Sequence record: SRR20825006_1683
Reading direction: 5' to 3' (one strand)
Length of the DNA stretch: 52,808 nt
Part shown: positions 1-10,534 of the stretch, in pieces
How the letters are laid out: every line of letters begins with the position of its first letter
How positions within the stretch are numbered: the stretch's first letter is position 1
Position numbers and translations under genes: made by a program
The notes under the pieces: generated by a model
What the model saw: only the letters and a program-made list of their open reading frames with translations
Database searches by the model: none
Told to the model about the DNA's origin: nothing

Positions 1-61
1 GCTCCGCTTGATTTTGGGAAGGGCTTTTTTAGAACCGATTGTTTTAGCTCCGCTCAAAGTC

Positions 62-92
62 AAAAAAAAAGGATGCCATTACTGACATCCTT
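62..92 (-). terminator. Rho-independent terminator downstream of queA
   Basis: Minus strand reads AAGGATGTCA-GTAA-TGGCATCCTT followed by a long T run, about 25 nt after the queA stop. Confidence 0.8.
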
Positions 93-117
93 CGAATTAT
101 TTAGAATCCACTTGAGA

Positions 118-1167
118 TTAGATGATTAACATCGCGTCTCCATAAGAGTAGAACTTATATTTTTCTTTCACTGCTTCCTCGTATGCGCTCATGATTAACT
201 CATGTCCTCCAAATGCGGAGATCATCATTAACAATGTAGACAATGGAGTGTGGAAATTTGTAATCAACGCGTCTGCGATGCTAAAATCGTACGGAGGGAA
301 GATGAATTTGTTCGTCCAACCACTGTAAGGCTTTAACATTCCGTCTGTAGAAACCGAAGTTTCAATAGCACGCATTGCTGTAGTTCCTACCGCAAATACT
401 TTCTTTTTATTTCGCTTTGCCTCGTTTACTTTATCCGCGCATTCTTCATTAATGATCATTTGCTCAGAATCCATTTTATGCTTTGTAAGGTCTTCAACCT
501 CAACGGCACGAAACGTTCCCAAACCAATGTGTAATGTCGCTTCGGCAAACTCAACACCTTTCAATTCTAAACGCTTCATCAATTGACGAGAGAAGTGGAG
601 TCCAGCCGTTGGAGCAGCAACCGCACCTTCGTTTTTAGCGAAAATTGTTTGGTAACGATCTTCGTCTTCTGGTTCAACAGCGCGTTTGATATACTTTGGA
701 AGTGGCGTTTCACCTAATTCAGTGATTTTTTGTTTGAATTCCTCGTAAGGACCATCAAAAAGGAAGCGCAATGTTCTTCCACGTGATGTTGTGTTGTCAA
801 TCACCTCAGCAACTAATGAATCATCGTCACCGAAATACAATTTATTTCCGATACGAATCTTTCTTGCTGGATCAACTAAAACATCCCACAATAAACTTTC
901 ACGATTTAATTCTCTCAGCAAAAATACTTCGATCTTCGCTCCTGTTTTTTCTTTATTTCCATACATACGTGCAGGAAATACTTTGGTATTGTTCATTATC
1001 ATTACATCACCTTCGTCGATGTAGTTAATAATGTCTTTAAAAACGCGGTGCTCAATCTCGCCCGTATCTTTATGAATGACCATTAGTCTTGCTTCATCAC
1101 GGTTCGCGCTTGGGTATTCTGCAATCAACTCCTCCGGAAGGTCGAAATTGAATTGAGATAATTTCAT
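118..1167 (-). CDS. queA: S-adenosylmethionine:tRNA ribosyltransferase-isomerase
   Basis: N-terminal [31 protein letters not shown] and YSYGDAMLI motifs. Start moved to ATG 1167 (1176 also possible) because a promoter element overlaps the ORF-track start. Confidence 0.96.
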   Translation of the reverse strand: MKLSQFNFDLPEELIAEYPSANRDEARLMVIHKDTGEIEHRVFKDIINYIDEGDVMIMNNTKVFPARMYGNKEKTGAKIEVFLLRELNRESLLWDVLVDPARKIRIGNKLYFGDDDSLVAEVIDNTTSRGRTLRFLFDGPYEEFKQKITELGETPLPKYIKRAVEPEDEDRYQTIFAKNEGAVAAPTAGLHFSRQLMKRLELKGVEFAEATLHIGLGTFRAVEVEDLTKHKMDSEQMIINEECADKVNEAKRNKKKVFAVGTTAMRAIETSVSTDGMLKPYSGWTNKFIFPPYDFSIADALITNFHTPLSTLLMMISAFGGHELIMSAYEEAVKEKYKFYSYGDAMLII

Positions 1168-1227
1168 TTTAGTCATTACTCTGCTTGATTTTGATCCTGT
1201 TTCCTTAACCTTTTGATAAAAGGAGTG

Positions 1228-1235
1228 CAAAGTTA
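1228..1235 (-). promoter_or_regulatory. Bacteroidota sigma70 -7 element for queA
   Basis: TAACTTTG on the minus strand matches TAnnTTTG. Confidence 0.6.
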
Positions 1236-1256
1236 AGAAATATTACGCTTCTCCGC

Positions 1257-1952
1257 TTAGTTCGAAGCGTGAATAAATTCAATCCACTCGTCTACGCTTT
1301 TTGCTTGATCAATGGAGAACTCACCCGAAGCGGTTCTTCGAAGTTCAATTAGTGTTCCGCCAGATTGCATCTTTGCCCCGAAATCATTGGCGATAGAACG
1401 AATGTACGTTCCTTTGCTACAACTGATTTCGAAAGTAACTTCTGGAAATTTATCTGCGTTTATTTTGAAATCTGAAATGTGAACGGTATTCGCTTTTAGC
1501 ACAACTTCCTTTCCTGCGCGGGCTAAATCATAAGCTCGAACGCCATCAATCTGCTTTGCGGAAAAAATAGGTGGAACTTGTTGTTGCTCTCCTAAAAAGC
1601 TTTTTCTGGTTTCCTCCAACAATTCTGGAGTAATGTGATCAACAGGGAATTCTTGGTCGTATTCTGACTCTAAATCGTAGGATGGTGTTGTTTTCCCGAT
1701 GAGAATTGTTCCCGTATAGGTTTTCTCTCCACCCATGATTTGATCAATCTGCTTGGTATGTTTTCCGACGCATAGAATGAGGAGTCCAGAAGCAAGTGGA
1801 TCGAGGGTTCCTGCGTGTCCAACTTTAATTTTCTTAACGCCCAATTTCTGTTTTAAATTCCAACGAATTTTATTCACTACGTCGAAAGATGTCCATTTGA
1901 GCGGTTTATCCACCACAATTGTTTGTCCTTCAGAAAATTCTTGAATTGTCAT
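1257..1952 (-). CDS. truB: tRNA pseudouridine(55) synthase
   Basis: VDKPLKWTSFDVV, KVGHAGTLDPLASGLL and CSKGTYIRS motifs. Confidence 0.96.
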   Translation of the reverse strand: MTIQEFSEGQTIVVDKPLKWTSFDVVNKIRWNLKQKLGVKKIKVGHAGTLDPLASGLLILCVGKHTKQIDQIMGGEKTYTGTILIGKTTPSYDLESEYDQEFPVDHITPELLEETRKSFLGEQQQVPPIFSAKQIDGVRAYDLARAGKEVVLKANTVHISDFKINADKFPEVTFEISCSKGTYIRSIANDFGAKMQSGGTLIELRRTASGEFSIDQAKSVDEWIEFIHASN

Positions 1953-1955
1953 AAT

Positions 1956-2750
1956 CTATGCAAAAACGGTCCAACCGATAGCGATGAGTCCCACTGCAAA
2001 GCAATAATAGGAGAAATAAGATAACTTGCTTTTCTTCACGATGGCAATCATCCATGTACATGCGGCCATTCCTGTGAAAAACGCAGCGATAAACCCGACG
2101 CCAATTGCTGCATAGCTCACGCTTGCTGTGCTGAAATCGTCAGACAATAGGTCTTTTGCCATTTTACCGAAAATCAATGGAACGACCATTAAAAATGAGA
2201 ACCGTGCGGCTCTTTCGCGGTCGATTCCAAGAAGCACCGAAGTACCAATTGTTGCTCCCGAACGTGAGATCCCTGGCAGAATAGCAATTGCTTGAGAAAT
2301 TCCAATGATGATTGCGTCAGAAATTCCAACTTTTTTATCTGTACTCTTTGCTCGATCGGCAAGAAACAAAAGCAATCCTGTTACTAATAACATTGCTCCT
2401 ACAAAAAGTACATTTCCGTTAAAGAAGGTTTCAATAAGATCGTCGAAAAACACCCCAACTAGAGCTGCTGGAATCATTGATAACACAATCTTTACCGAAA
2501 ACCAAAAAGATTCATTTGCTTTAAACTGAAACAACCCTCGGAAAATCTCCGCTACTTCTTTGCGAAAGATCACTAAGGTACTTAGCGCGGTTGCGAAGTG
2601 AAGGACAACAGTCATCATCATGCTCGATTCACCTGAAAGATCGGAACCTTGAATGGCTTTCACTAACTCGAGGTGACCACTACTACTTACTGGCAAAAAC
2701 TCCGTTAGTCCTTGAATAATCCCAAGGATGATTGCTTCTAAAACGCTCAT
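1956..2750 (-). CDS. uppP: Undecaprenyl-diphosphate phosphatase
   Basis: QGLTEFLPVSSSGH and PGISRSGATI motifs; multi-pass hydrophobic protein. Confidence 0.96.
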   Translation of the reverse strand: MSVLEAIILGIIQGLTEFLPVSSSGHLELVKAIQGSDLSGESSMMMTVVLHFATALSTLVIFRKEVAEIFRGLFQFKANESFWFSVKIVLSMIPAALVGVFFDDLIETFFNGNVLFVGAMLLVTGLLLFLADRAKSTDKKVGISDAIIIGISQAIAILPGISRSGATIGTSVLLGIDRERAARFSFLMVVPLIFGKMAKDLLSDDFSTASVSYAAIGVGFIAAFFTGMAACTWMIAIVKKSKLSYFSYYCFAVGLIAIGWTVFA

Positions 2751-2765
2751 AAAAAGTAATTTCGC

Positions 2766-3134
2766 TTAAGCTTCTACGCTCTTTGGTCGACGCATGATTG
2801 CGTAAAAAATCACGATGTAACCTGCAACAATTAGCATTGGAGCAACAGTAATTCGTGTATGACTGAACAAGGCATCTCCGTCAAATTCATTCGGATCATC
2901 AGTAGCCCCACCGATCATCAATAGAAAACCAAGAACGTTGACTGCGAGTCCAATTAGCAACAAACGATAATTTTGCTTACTAAACGAGAAAGGAGAATTC
3001 TTTGCGAACTCCTTCATGTTTACTGCATTTCCATTCGGCTGAACCGCCACAGTTTTCTTAGGTGATGCGATTAATTCATCATCTAGCATTTCAGTAACGC
3101 CTTTTCCCTTTGATGTCGATTTTTTCTTGCTCAT
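2766..3134 (-). CDS. DUF3098-family membrane protein
   Basis: Two TM segments with FSKQNY, GFLLMIGG and RITVAP; usual Bacteroidota position between ftsX and uppP. Confidence 0.8.
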   Translation of the reverse strand: MSKKKSTSKGKGVTEMLDDELIASPKKTVAVQPNGNAVNMKEFAKNSPFSFSKQNYRLLLIGLAVNVLGFLLMIGGATDDPNEFDGDALFSHTRITVAPMLIVAGYIVIFYAIMRRPKSVEA

Positions 3135-3143
3135 GGATCAAAT

Positions 3144-4040
3144 TTAATACAAATCGTCCAATTTCATTCTCAAATATTTGTTAAGAGCGAACCAAGTTGA
3201 AATTAGACTGATGAAAACACCTATTACGAGCAGTGCTCCTAACAGCATCAAATAGAATTGAAAAGGAATACTTATTTCGATCCAATCGTAGAAATTATTA
3301 GCTGCGAAGATCAGTAATTGCAGCAAAGCCATCGCGATTGTTCCCGCCATTAAACCCATCCCAACTGATTGCCATAAAAATGGTTTACGAATGTATTTCC
3401 CTGTTGCACCCACAAGTTGCATGGTTTTTATCGAGAATCTACGCGAATAAAGTGCTAAACGAATCGTATTGTTGATCATTGCGAATGCCACGACAATTAA
3501 AAGCAATGCCACGGCTCCGATCAGAAAAACAAATTGCTTGAAGCCAAGATTTACAGAGTCGACGCTTGATTTATCGTAGCTTACTTCTTCCAAGATTTCT
3601 CCGTATGACTCATTCAATTTAGTCTTGATTGCTTCCAACTTTTCAATAGTTGCATACGCTTCCTTTGGCTTAAAGGAAATAGTTGGTGGAAGAGGATTTT
3701 CTCCTTCGAAAATAGCGAGGATGTTTTCTCTATTCTGTCCGTCGCCTTCTTCTTGAAATGCTTCGATTGCGCGATCTGGTGAAACAAACGCGACTTCCTT
3801 GAATTCATTCCACGTATTCAATTCTTGTGCAACTTGCTTAATGTCCGCTTCATTCATTTCTGGCTTGAAAAAAATGTCGCACACCAAACTTTCTTTCGCT
3901 TGACGCTGAATGGTATCCAGTCCAAAAACTCCGCCGAGCACAATCCCAATAACAAAAAGCACCAAGGAAATTCCTATGATCGTGGAAACATAACTTGTTT
4001 TAACTCCTCTTTTATTGTACTTGTCGACGCCTTCAGCCAT
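3144..4040 (-). CDS. ftsX: Cell division permease FtsX
   Basis: STIIGISLVLF, GENPLP and INNTIRLALYSRRFSIKTMQLVGAT; 4-TM layout. Confidence 0.92.
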   Translation of the reverse strand: MAEGVDKYNKRGVKTSYVSTIIGISLVLFVIGIVLGGVFGLDTIQRQAKESLVCDIFFKPEMNEADIKQVAQELNTWNEFKEVAFVSPDRAIEAFQEEGDGQNRENILAIFEGENPLPPTISFKPKEAYATIEKLEAIKTKLNESYGEILEEVSYDKSSVDSVNLGFKQFVFLIGAVALLLIVVAFAMINNTIRLALYSRRFSIKTMQLVGATGKYIRKPFLWQSVGMGLMAGTIAMALLQLLIFAANNFYDWIEISIPFQFYLMLLGALLVIGVFISLISTWFALNKYLRMKLDDLY

Positions 4041-4044
4041 GAAT

Positions 4045-4052
4045 CAAAAGTA
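4045..4052 (-). promoter_or_regulatory. -7 promoter element for the ftsX operon
   Basis: TACTTTTG, 4 nt before the ATG. Confidence 0.55.
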
Positions 4053-4132
4053 AGAACAATCTCTGCATTTCCTGTCAACGATTTACGTAGTTATTCAATA
4101 CGTATTGTTCATTCGAAGAAATTGCGCGGTTT

Positions 4133-5383
4133 TCAGGTGTACCTTTCTGGGTTAAATCCTTCCATTTCAAGCGAAATTGTCTTTTCGGAAACCAGCTCAT
4201 TGACGATGAATCCAGTCGCTGGACCCAAGCTTAGCCCCATCATTGCGTGACCTGTTGCAATAATTGCATTCGAGAGTCCAGTAAGTCGACCTATGTACGG
4301 CATGCCATCAGGCGAGCATGGACGAAAACCAAGCCACGTATCTTCCGGTTTTGGAGCTTCAATTTCGAGTGCGGGATAGAAAGATTGGATCGTATCTACA
4401 ATTCCCAACACTCGGTTTTTATTGATTGCTGTATCCTTCACATGAGTGATTTCCATTGTTCCTCCAAACCTCAAGTCCGTTCCCATAGGAGTAACGGCTA
4501 CTTTTCCTTCACACAATATGGATGGAATTTTTGGGCGTTCAAGTCGATCCGAAAGCGTAAAACTGTATCCTTTTCCCGGCAACAAAGGCAAACGAATATT
4601 AAGTTGTTTGGAAAGTTGTGGTGACCATGCGCCACCGGCAAACACAAATTCATCTCCAACCACTGTTCCGCTAGAAGTTCTGACTCCCGTAATTTTATTG
4701 TTTTGCTTGAGGAGCTCTATGACTTCGGTTTGCTTAAATACCTTGACTCCATTTCTCACCAATCGTTCAATTAAATAACTCATCAGTTTTGCAGGGTGAA
4801 GATGCGCATCAGACTTGTAATGAACTCCGCCAATTGCATTTACGTTTGTTCCAGTTTCCAATTTTGCGAGATCTTCTTTTGTTAAAAAATCTACCTCCAA
4901 ACCAAGCGATTTTGCCAATTCACCTGCTTTCGTTTCTTCCTCCGCTACCTTCTCCCCTTGAAAAAGCATTAACAATCCCTTTTCTTGATAATAAAAATCT
5001 TTGCACTCTTTCGCGAGTTCTGCGTAAAGTGATTTGCTCAACAAAGATAAATCTCGGAGACGTACTTTAGATTTGTCGACATGGCTTTGAGTCGCAGCCT
5101 TTCGAAAATGCCACCCCCAAGAAATGAGTTCTTTACTGAACCTAGGTTTTACATAAAATGGGCTTTTTGAATTCAGCATCCATTTCATTCCTTGAGAAAT
5201 CATTCCTGGCGCTGCAAGGGGAATCACATGACTTGGAACAATCATTCCTGCATTTCCAAAAGAGCAACCGTGGAGCAAATCGCCTCGATCTAGGAGTGTT
5301 ACTTTATGTCCGCTTTCGCTTAAATACAGTGCTGAACAGACTCCAATAATCCCTCCTCCAATAACTATCACCTCTTTTTCCAT
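4133..5383 (-). CDS. FAD-dependent D-amino acid dehydrogenase family protein, probable D-hydroxyproline dehydrogenase
   Basis: GGGIIG Rossmann motif, SFGNAG, GFRPCSPDGMPYIG, GHAMMG; lies directly downstream of the epimerase. Confidence 0.85.
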   Translation of the reverse strand: MEKEVIVIGGGIIGVCSALYLSESGHKVTLLDRGDLLHGCSFGNAGMIVPSHVIPLAAPGMISQGMKWMLNSKSPFYVKPRFSKELISWGWHFRKAATQSHVDKSKVRLRDLSLLSKSLYAELAKECKDFYYQEKGLLMLFQGEKVAEEETKAGELAKSLGLEVDFLTKEDLAKLETGTNVNAIGGVHYKSDAHLHPAKLMSYLIERLVRNGVKVFKQTEVIELLKQNNKITGVRTSSGTVVGDEFVFAGGAWSPQLSKQLNIRLPLLPGKGYSFTLSDRLERPKIPSILCEGKVAVTPMGTDLRFGGTMEITHVKDTAINKNRVLGIVDTIQSFYPALEIEAPKPEDTWLGFRPCSPDGMPYIGRLTGLSNAIIATGHAMMGLSLGPATGFIVNELVSEKTISLEMEGFNPERYT

Positions 5384-5389
5384 CTCCAA

Positions 5390-6388
5390 TTAGATTACCT
5401 GAAAGCCAAATGCATAAGGGTCATCATCATCTATCGAAATGGTGTTGTGTCCGTAGATTCGAGCCCAACCTTCGATACTTGGGATAATTGCTTTATGCCC
5501 ATTTAGTGTAACTTCTTCTTCAATTCTTCCGATAAACTTTGAGCCGATGATACTTTCATGAATAAAATCGTCTCCTTTTTTCAATTTTCCTAACGCATAC
5601 CATTGCGCCATTCGAGCTGAAGTTCCTGTTCCACATGGAGATCGATCAATTGCCTTATCCCCATAGAACACTGCATTTCTTGCCGTAGCATCTGGTGATA
5701 GGGTTTCACCTGTCCATAAAAGATGACTTAATCCAGCAATAGTAGTGTTTTCAGGATGTACGAACGTGTGTTCATTGTTTAACCGATCTCGTAAAATTCT
5801 ACTCCAACCGATTAATTGATCTGCCGTAAAATCTTGCAGTCCACCAAAGTTTTTTTGAGGGTCTACAATCGCGTAGAAATTTCCACCGTAGGCTACATCC
5901 ACGCTTAATTTACCTAAATCGGGGCACTCTACCAAAATTTCTCTTGCGGCGAGGTACGATTTTACGTTCGTTAACTTCACGGAAGTAACCTTATCTCCTT
6001 CTTTTTTATACTCAACGTAAACCAATCCTGCAGGAGTTTCTAAGCGGAGTTTCCCTTCTTCTTTGGGAATAATTAACCCTTCCTCTATCGCAATTGTAAC
6101 CGTACCAATTGTTCCATGTCCACACATTGGCAAGCAGCCACTTGTTTCAATAAAAAGTACTCCAACATCATTTGCTGGATCGCAAGGAGGATACAAAATA
6201 CTTCCAGACATCATGTCGTGTCCGCGCGGTTCGAACATGAGTCCCTTTCGAATCCAATCATACTCCGCAAGAAAGTGCTGTCGTTTTTCGCTCATTGAAT
6301 TCCCTGAAAGCATTGGCCCACCGCCAGCTACCAATCGAACTGGATTCCCGCATGTATGCGCATCCACACAAAAAAAGGTCTTTTTCAT
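5390..6388 (-). CDS. 4-hydroxyproline 2-epimerase (proline racemase family)
   Basis: Catalytic Cys pair in MCGH and DRSPCGTG; EPRGH motif; operon context. Confidence 0.9.
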   Translation of the reverse strand: MKKTFFCVDAHTCGNPVRLVAGGGPMLSGNSMSEKRQHFLAEYDWIRKGLMFEPRGHDMMSGSILYPPCDPANDVGVLFIETSGCLPMCGHGTIGTVTIAIEEGLIIPKEEGKLRLETPAGLVYVEYKKEGDKVTSVKLTNVKSYLAAREILVECPDLGKLSVDVAYGGNFYAIVDPQKNFGGLQDFTADQLIGWSRILRDRLNNEHTFVHPENTTIAGLSHLLWTGETLSPDATARNAVFYGDKAIDRSPCGTGTSARMAQWYALGKLKKGDDFIHESIIGSKFIGRIEEEVTLNGHKAIIPSIEGWARIYGHNTISIDDDDPYAFGFQVI

Positions 6389-7975
6389 TTAGCTAATCGA
6401 TTCTCGGGTATCTACATTGTTTACTTTTCGGAGGATTCCCAGTAAATTTTCGTTCTTAAGTTCAGACGGCAGTAAGTCATCTGGCCACGATTGAAAAGAA
6501 ACTGGTCGCACCCATCGTTTGATAGAATCTGTTCCAACCGCTGTGAAGCGCGAATCCGTGGACGCTGGATAAGGTCCGCCGTGCAACATAGAAGGACATA
6601 CTTCAACACCTGTAGGTACTCCATTAAAAATGATTCTTCCCACCCGATCTTTGAGTGCTTCCACCAAATCTCTGTTCTCTGCCAATTCTTCCTCAGTGGA
6701 TAAAATCGTTCCTGTAAGTTGACCTTCCAGTTGATGCAAAATCTCTCGTAACTCTGAATGATCTTTACAACGAACGATCAGCGAAAACGGTCCAAAAACC
6801 TCTTGATGCAAGTTTGGATTCTCTAAAAATGTCTTTCCGTCGACTGAAGCAACCGCTTGACGTGCGAAATTTGTTTCAACCTCACCTTCAAATGTTCCAA
6901 GAACACTGACACCGTTTTGTTGCGTTAACTTTTCCTTTCCAGCAGAATAATTCGCTTCGATATTCGGATGAAGCATACAGTTCGGTGAAATTTGTACAAT
7001 CTTCTCGGCCAACTGCGTTTGAAAAGTCGTTAAATGATCGCTTTCTATTCCGAGTATCAATCCAGGATTTGTACAAAACTGACCCGTTCCAAGCGTAATT
7101 GATCCCGCATAAGTCGAAGCCGCTTCGTCTAAATGATTTTCTAAATATGCTGGTAAAATCACCACAGGATTGATACTTCCCATTTCAGCAAAAACTGGAA
7201 TAGGTTCTTTCCGCTCCGCCGCCATATCGTAAAGCGCTCTTCCGCCTTTAATACTTCCCGTAAAACCAACCCCTTTAATCATCTGGTGTTTTACCAATTG
7301 CTTCCCAACTTCAATTCCGCTGCTGTTCAGGTGAGAAAATACTCCATTTGGCATTCCCGTTTTCTGCGCTGCTTCAATCACCGCTGAAGCTACCAACTCG
7401 GAAGTACCAGCGTGCATTGGATGCGATTTTACAATTACTGGACAACCCGCAGCGAGCGCACTTGCAGTATCACCACCCGCCGTTGAATACGCTAACGGAA
7501 AATTACTCGCTCCGAAAACGGCTATTGGACCAATTCCAACATTCATTTTTCTTAAATCAGGTTTTGGAGCTGGAGCTCGGTCTGGCAATGCTGTATCAAT
7601 TCTAGCTTCTACCCATGATCCTTCGCGCAATAATTCAGCGAACCCTCTAAGCTGACCGAGTGTTCTTCCTCGTTCACCTCTTGCCCTCCCGTCTGGTAAT
7701 CCCGATTCGGCACAATACAAGTCAATTAACTCATCTCCCAATTCCTCGATTTCCTCCGCAATCGTGTCCAAAAAAATTGCTTTTTGAGCATTAGAGACAC
7801 TTTTGTATTGCCAAAATGCTTGATGTGCGAGTTCAACCGCTTCATTCACTTCCGTTTCTGAGGCTTCTGTGAAAAGCGTTGGGTTCTCTTGATTTTTTAG
7901 TGGATTTATTGTTCGAAACGTGATCGTTCCTTCTGCTTTTAATTCGTTTCCGATATAATTTTTTCCTGTGAGCAT
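6389..7975 (-). CDS. Alpha-ketoglutarate semialdehyde dehydrogenase (aldehyde dehydrogenase family)
   Basis: FGASNFPLA, FTGS, EMGSINP, GQFCTNPG, EVFGP and HGGPYPAS motifs. Confidence 0.9.
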   Translation of the reverse strand: MLTGKNYIGNELKAEGTITFRTINPLKNQENPTLFTEASETEVNEAVELAHQAFWQYKSVSNAQKAIFLDTIAEEIEELGDELIDLYCAESGLPDGRARGERGRTLGQLRGFAELLREGSWVEARIDTALPDRAPAPKPDLRKMNVGIGPIAVFGASNFPLAYSTAGGDTASALAAGCPVIVKSHPMHAGTSELVASAVIEAAQKTGMPNGVFSHLNSSGIEVGKQLVKHQMIKGVGFTGSIKGGRALYDMAAERKEPIPVFAEMGSINPVVILPAYLENHLDEAASTYAGSITLGTGQFCTNPGLILGIESDHLTTFQTQLAEKIVQISPNCMLHPNIEANYSAGKEKLTQQNGVSVLGTFEGEVETNFARQAVASVDGKTFLENPNLHQEVFGPFSLIVRCKDHSELREILHQLEGQLTGTILSTEEELAENRDLVEALKDRVGRIIFNGVPTGVEVCPSMLHGGPYPASTDSRFTAVGTDSIKRWVRPVSFQSWPDDLLPSELKNENLLGILRKVNNVDTRESIS

Positions 7976-7978
7976 ACC

Positions 7979-8884
7979 TTAAAAATTTGGTAACGTTGGT
8001 CGATTTTGGATCCCGTGTTGAATAATATCAAGTACACGCGCTCGTTCCTCACCGATTAAATTAAGTCGTGGAGCACGCACTTGTTCAGTTCCCAAACCAG
8101 TTGCTACTTCGGCCAACTTTATGTTTTGTACTAATTTACTGTTAATGTCTAACTCTAGCAATGGCAAAAACCAACGATAGATTGCTCGCGCTTCTTCTAT
8201 TCTTCCCTGTTTCACCAGTTCGTAAATCGCCACGGTTTCTTTCGGAAATGCACACACCAATCCAGCAACCCAGCCGTCGGCGCCCATTACCAAACTCTCA
8301 AGCGCAAGGGTGTCCACTCCTGACAAAATCTTTATTCGATCGCCAAAACGATTTTTCATTCGTGTAGTATTCGAAACATCTCTTGTCGATTCCTTCACTG
8401 CTTGAATATTGTCGCACTTAATCAATTCCTCGAACATGTCTAGCGTAACTTCAATTCCGTAATCGATTGGATTATTGTACACCATAATTGGCAATTCCGT
8501 AGCGTTAGCAACCTCTTTAAAATACGTCATTGTTTCCCGCGCATCGGCTTTGTACCTCATTGGAGGAAGCATCATCAATCCATTTGCGCCATCCTCTTCC
8601 GTCATTCGCACAGCTTCTTTTGCTCCTTTCGTAGACTGCTCAGCAATATTGATAATTACAGGAAGCTTTCCTTGCACACATTCTACTGCACTTCGAACCA
8701 GCGTTCTTTTCTCTTCCATTTCCAAAGTGCTTGCTTCGCCAAGTGTTCCTCCCAAAATAATTCCATGAACCCCAGCGTCCATTTGCGCTTCAATATTTTT
8801 TTGAAACATATTCAAATCCAACTGATCATCTGTACTGAACTTTGTTGTAACCGCTGGCATTACGCCTTTCCATTCTATTTTCAT
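7979..8884 (-). CDS. Dihydrodipicolinate synthase family protein, probable 1-pyrroline-4-hydroxy-2-carboxylate deaminase
   Basis: GTLGE, YNNP and Schiff-base Lys in AVKES; first gene of the hydroxyproline operon. Confidence 0.85.
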   Translation of the reverse strand: MKIEWKGVMPAVTTKFSTDDQLDLNMFQKNIEAQMDAGVHGIILGGTLGEASTLEMEEKRTLVRSAVECVQGKLPVIINIAEQSTKGAKEAVRMTEEDGANGLMMLPPMRYKADARETMTYFKEVANATELPIMVYNNPIDYGIEVTLDMFEELIKCDNIQAVKESTRDVSNTTRMKNRFGDRIKILSGVDTLALESLVMGADGWVAGLVCAFPKETVAIYELVKQGRIEEARAIYRWFLPLLELDINSKLVQNIKLAEVATGLGTEQVRAPRLNLIGEERARVLDIIQHGIQNRPTLPNF

Positions 8885-8903
8885 CTGCTCATTCTGTTTG
8901 AAT

Positions 8904-8974
8904 CAAAATTAACGGAAACGACTTGCTCATAAAAGCGGCTTCTTATCCAATTTTAATACTTTATTATCCCAATT
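8904..8974. promoter_or_regulatory. Hydroxyproline operon promoter and candidate AraC direct repeats
   Basis: TAATTTTG on the minus strand at 8904-8911; TTATCCAATT at 8943 and TTATCCCAATT at 8964, 21 bp apart. Confidence 0.5.
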
Positions 8975-9016
8975 AGATGTATTTTTAAACGATATAAGCA
9001 AATAAACTATCTTTTA

Positions 9017-9853
9017 ATGAAGGCACTTTCGTTCAAAATTCCAAAGCCCGAGCACAAAGCGTTGTTATTTCAAAAGGATAATGACAGGATTTTTTACGAT
9101 CGCTTGCATCAACACGAGGAAATTCAACTATCGCTCATTCTATCAGGAGAAGGAGATTTAGTTGCGGGTGACCGTGTACTTCGTTATTCGGCTGGGTCGA
9201 TTTTTATTCTTGGGAGTTACCTGCCGCACTTTTTTAAGTCCGACACAACCGTTTCTGAACATTCTGAGATGCTAACACTTTTTTTCACCCGAGCTTCTTT
9301 TGGTTCGTTCAGCGCATTTGATGAAATTTCAGAACTTGCTCCGTTGTTGGAAGAAATTTCGGTTGGAATTGAGGTGCTTTCTAACAAATCTGCCATTCAC
9401 ACTATTTTCGCTCAGGTTGAACACTGCACAGATTTTGAACGATTGATTCATTTTTTGTCCATTCTGAAACTCATTCTTACTGCTGAAAGGCGGTCGCTAT
9501 CCTCTTCGGTTCAATCTAAAATGATGAGTGAAATAGAAGGAGAACGGATGCAGCGGGTAATGGATTATGCGATGAATCATTTTAAGGAATCGGTTTCTTT
9601 GGATGAAGTGGCGCAGCAAGCGAGCATGACTCGAAATTCCTTTTGTCGTTACTTTAAGCAGCGAACGAATAAGTCATTTTTTCAGTTTTTAAATGAGGTG
9701 CGTTTGGAGCATGCGAGTACCTTACTGCAAAAAGATGCAGAGCAACCAATTGATGAAATAGCAGAACTTTCGGGATTCAGGAATTTATCGAATTTCAATA
9801 GACAATTCCGTGCGTATCGTGGAATGACACCAAGGGAATGGCGGAAGGGGTGA
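9017..9853 (+). CDS. AraC-family transcriptional regulator
   Basis: N-terminal cupin (LHQHEEIQL); C-terminal double HTH (IAELSGFRNLSNFNRQF...GMTPREWRK). Confidence 0.93.
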   Translation: MKALSFKIPKPEHKALLFQKDNDRIFYDRLHQHEEIQLSLILSGEGDLVAGDRVLRYSAGSIFILGSYLPHFFKSDTTVSEHSEMLTLFFTRASFGSFSAFDEISELAPLLEEISVGIEVLSNKSAIHTIFAQVEHCTDFERLIHFLSILKLILTAERRSLSSSVQSKMMSEIEGERMQRVMDYAMNHFKESVSLDEVAQQASMTRNSFCRYFKQRTNKSFFQFLNEVRLEHASTLLQKDAEQPIDEIAELSGFRNLSNFNRQFRAYRGMTPREWRKG

Positions 9854-9867
9854 AAATACGAAACTTT

Positions 9868-10533
9868 TCACACTTCCTCCAAGTCAAGCACTCCGTTTTT
9901 CAGGCAAAAAATGATCAATCCTACTGTATTCTTAGTATTTGTCTTTTGGAATAAATTCTTTTTATGTCCTTCAATGGTGCGTTGACTCAAAAAGAGTTTT
10001 TCGGAGATCTCAGCGGCTGTATATTCTTTACAGATCAACTCCAACACTTCCAATTCTCGGGTTGTAAACACGGTATTGTTTCCGAGAGAGACTGAGGTTC
10101 GCTTTTTTACTACCAAACCGTTTCGCATAATTCGAATAACGAAGTCATCGTAATAATAACCGTGTTCAGTCACCGATTCTATCGCGAGCAATAATTGATC
10201 GATGGTTGAATTTTTCAATAAATAGCCGTGTGCTCCTTCTTCGATTAGGTGGAGAATAAGCGCTTCATCTTCGTGCATAGACAAAATGAGCACTTTCACA
10301 TCGGGAAATTCTATCCGCATGTGTTTCATTGCCTCAATACCATCCATTTTTGGCATGTCCAAATCGAGGAAAATAACATCGGGTATTGTTCCGCGTCTCA
10401 ATGTTTCAAGGAGTTCCTCTCCATTTGAAGCTGTAAACTGCACCTCCAGATTAGCAGACATTCCAAGTAAAGAACTCAATCCGTGCAAGAAGAGTGCATG
10501 ATCATCTACAATAGCAAGTTGAGTCACGTTCAT
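9868..10533 (-). CDS. NarL/LuxR-family response regulator
   Basis: Receiver domain (IVDDH, FLDLDMPKMDG, GYLLK) plus LuxR HTH (TTRELEVL...EISEKLFLSQRTIEGH). Confidence 0.95.
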   Translation of the reverse strand: MNVTQLAIVDDHALFLHGLSSLLGMSANLEVQFTASNGEELLETLRRGTIPDVIFLDLDMPKMDGIEAMKHMRIEFPDVKVLILSMHEDEALILHLIEEGAHGYLLKNSTIDQLLLAIESVTEHGYYYDDFVIRIMRNGLVVKKRTSVSLGNNTVFTTRELEVLELICKEYTAAEISEKLFLSQRTIEGHKKNLFQKTNTKNTVGLIIFCLKNGVLDLEEV

Positions 10534-10534
10534 G

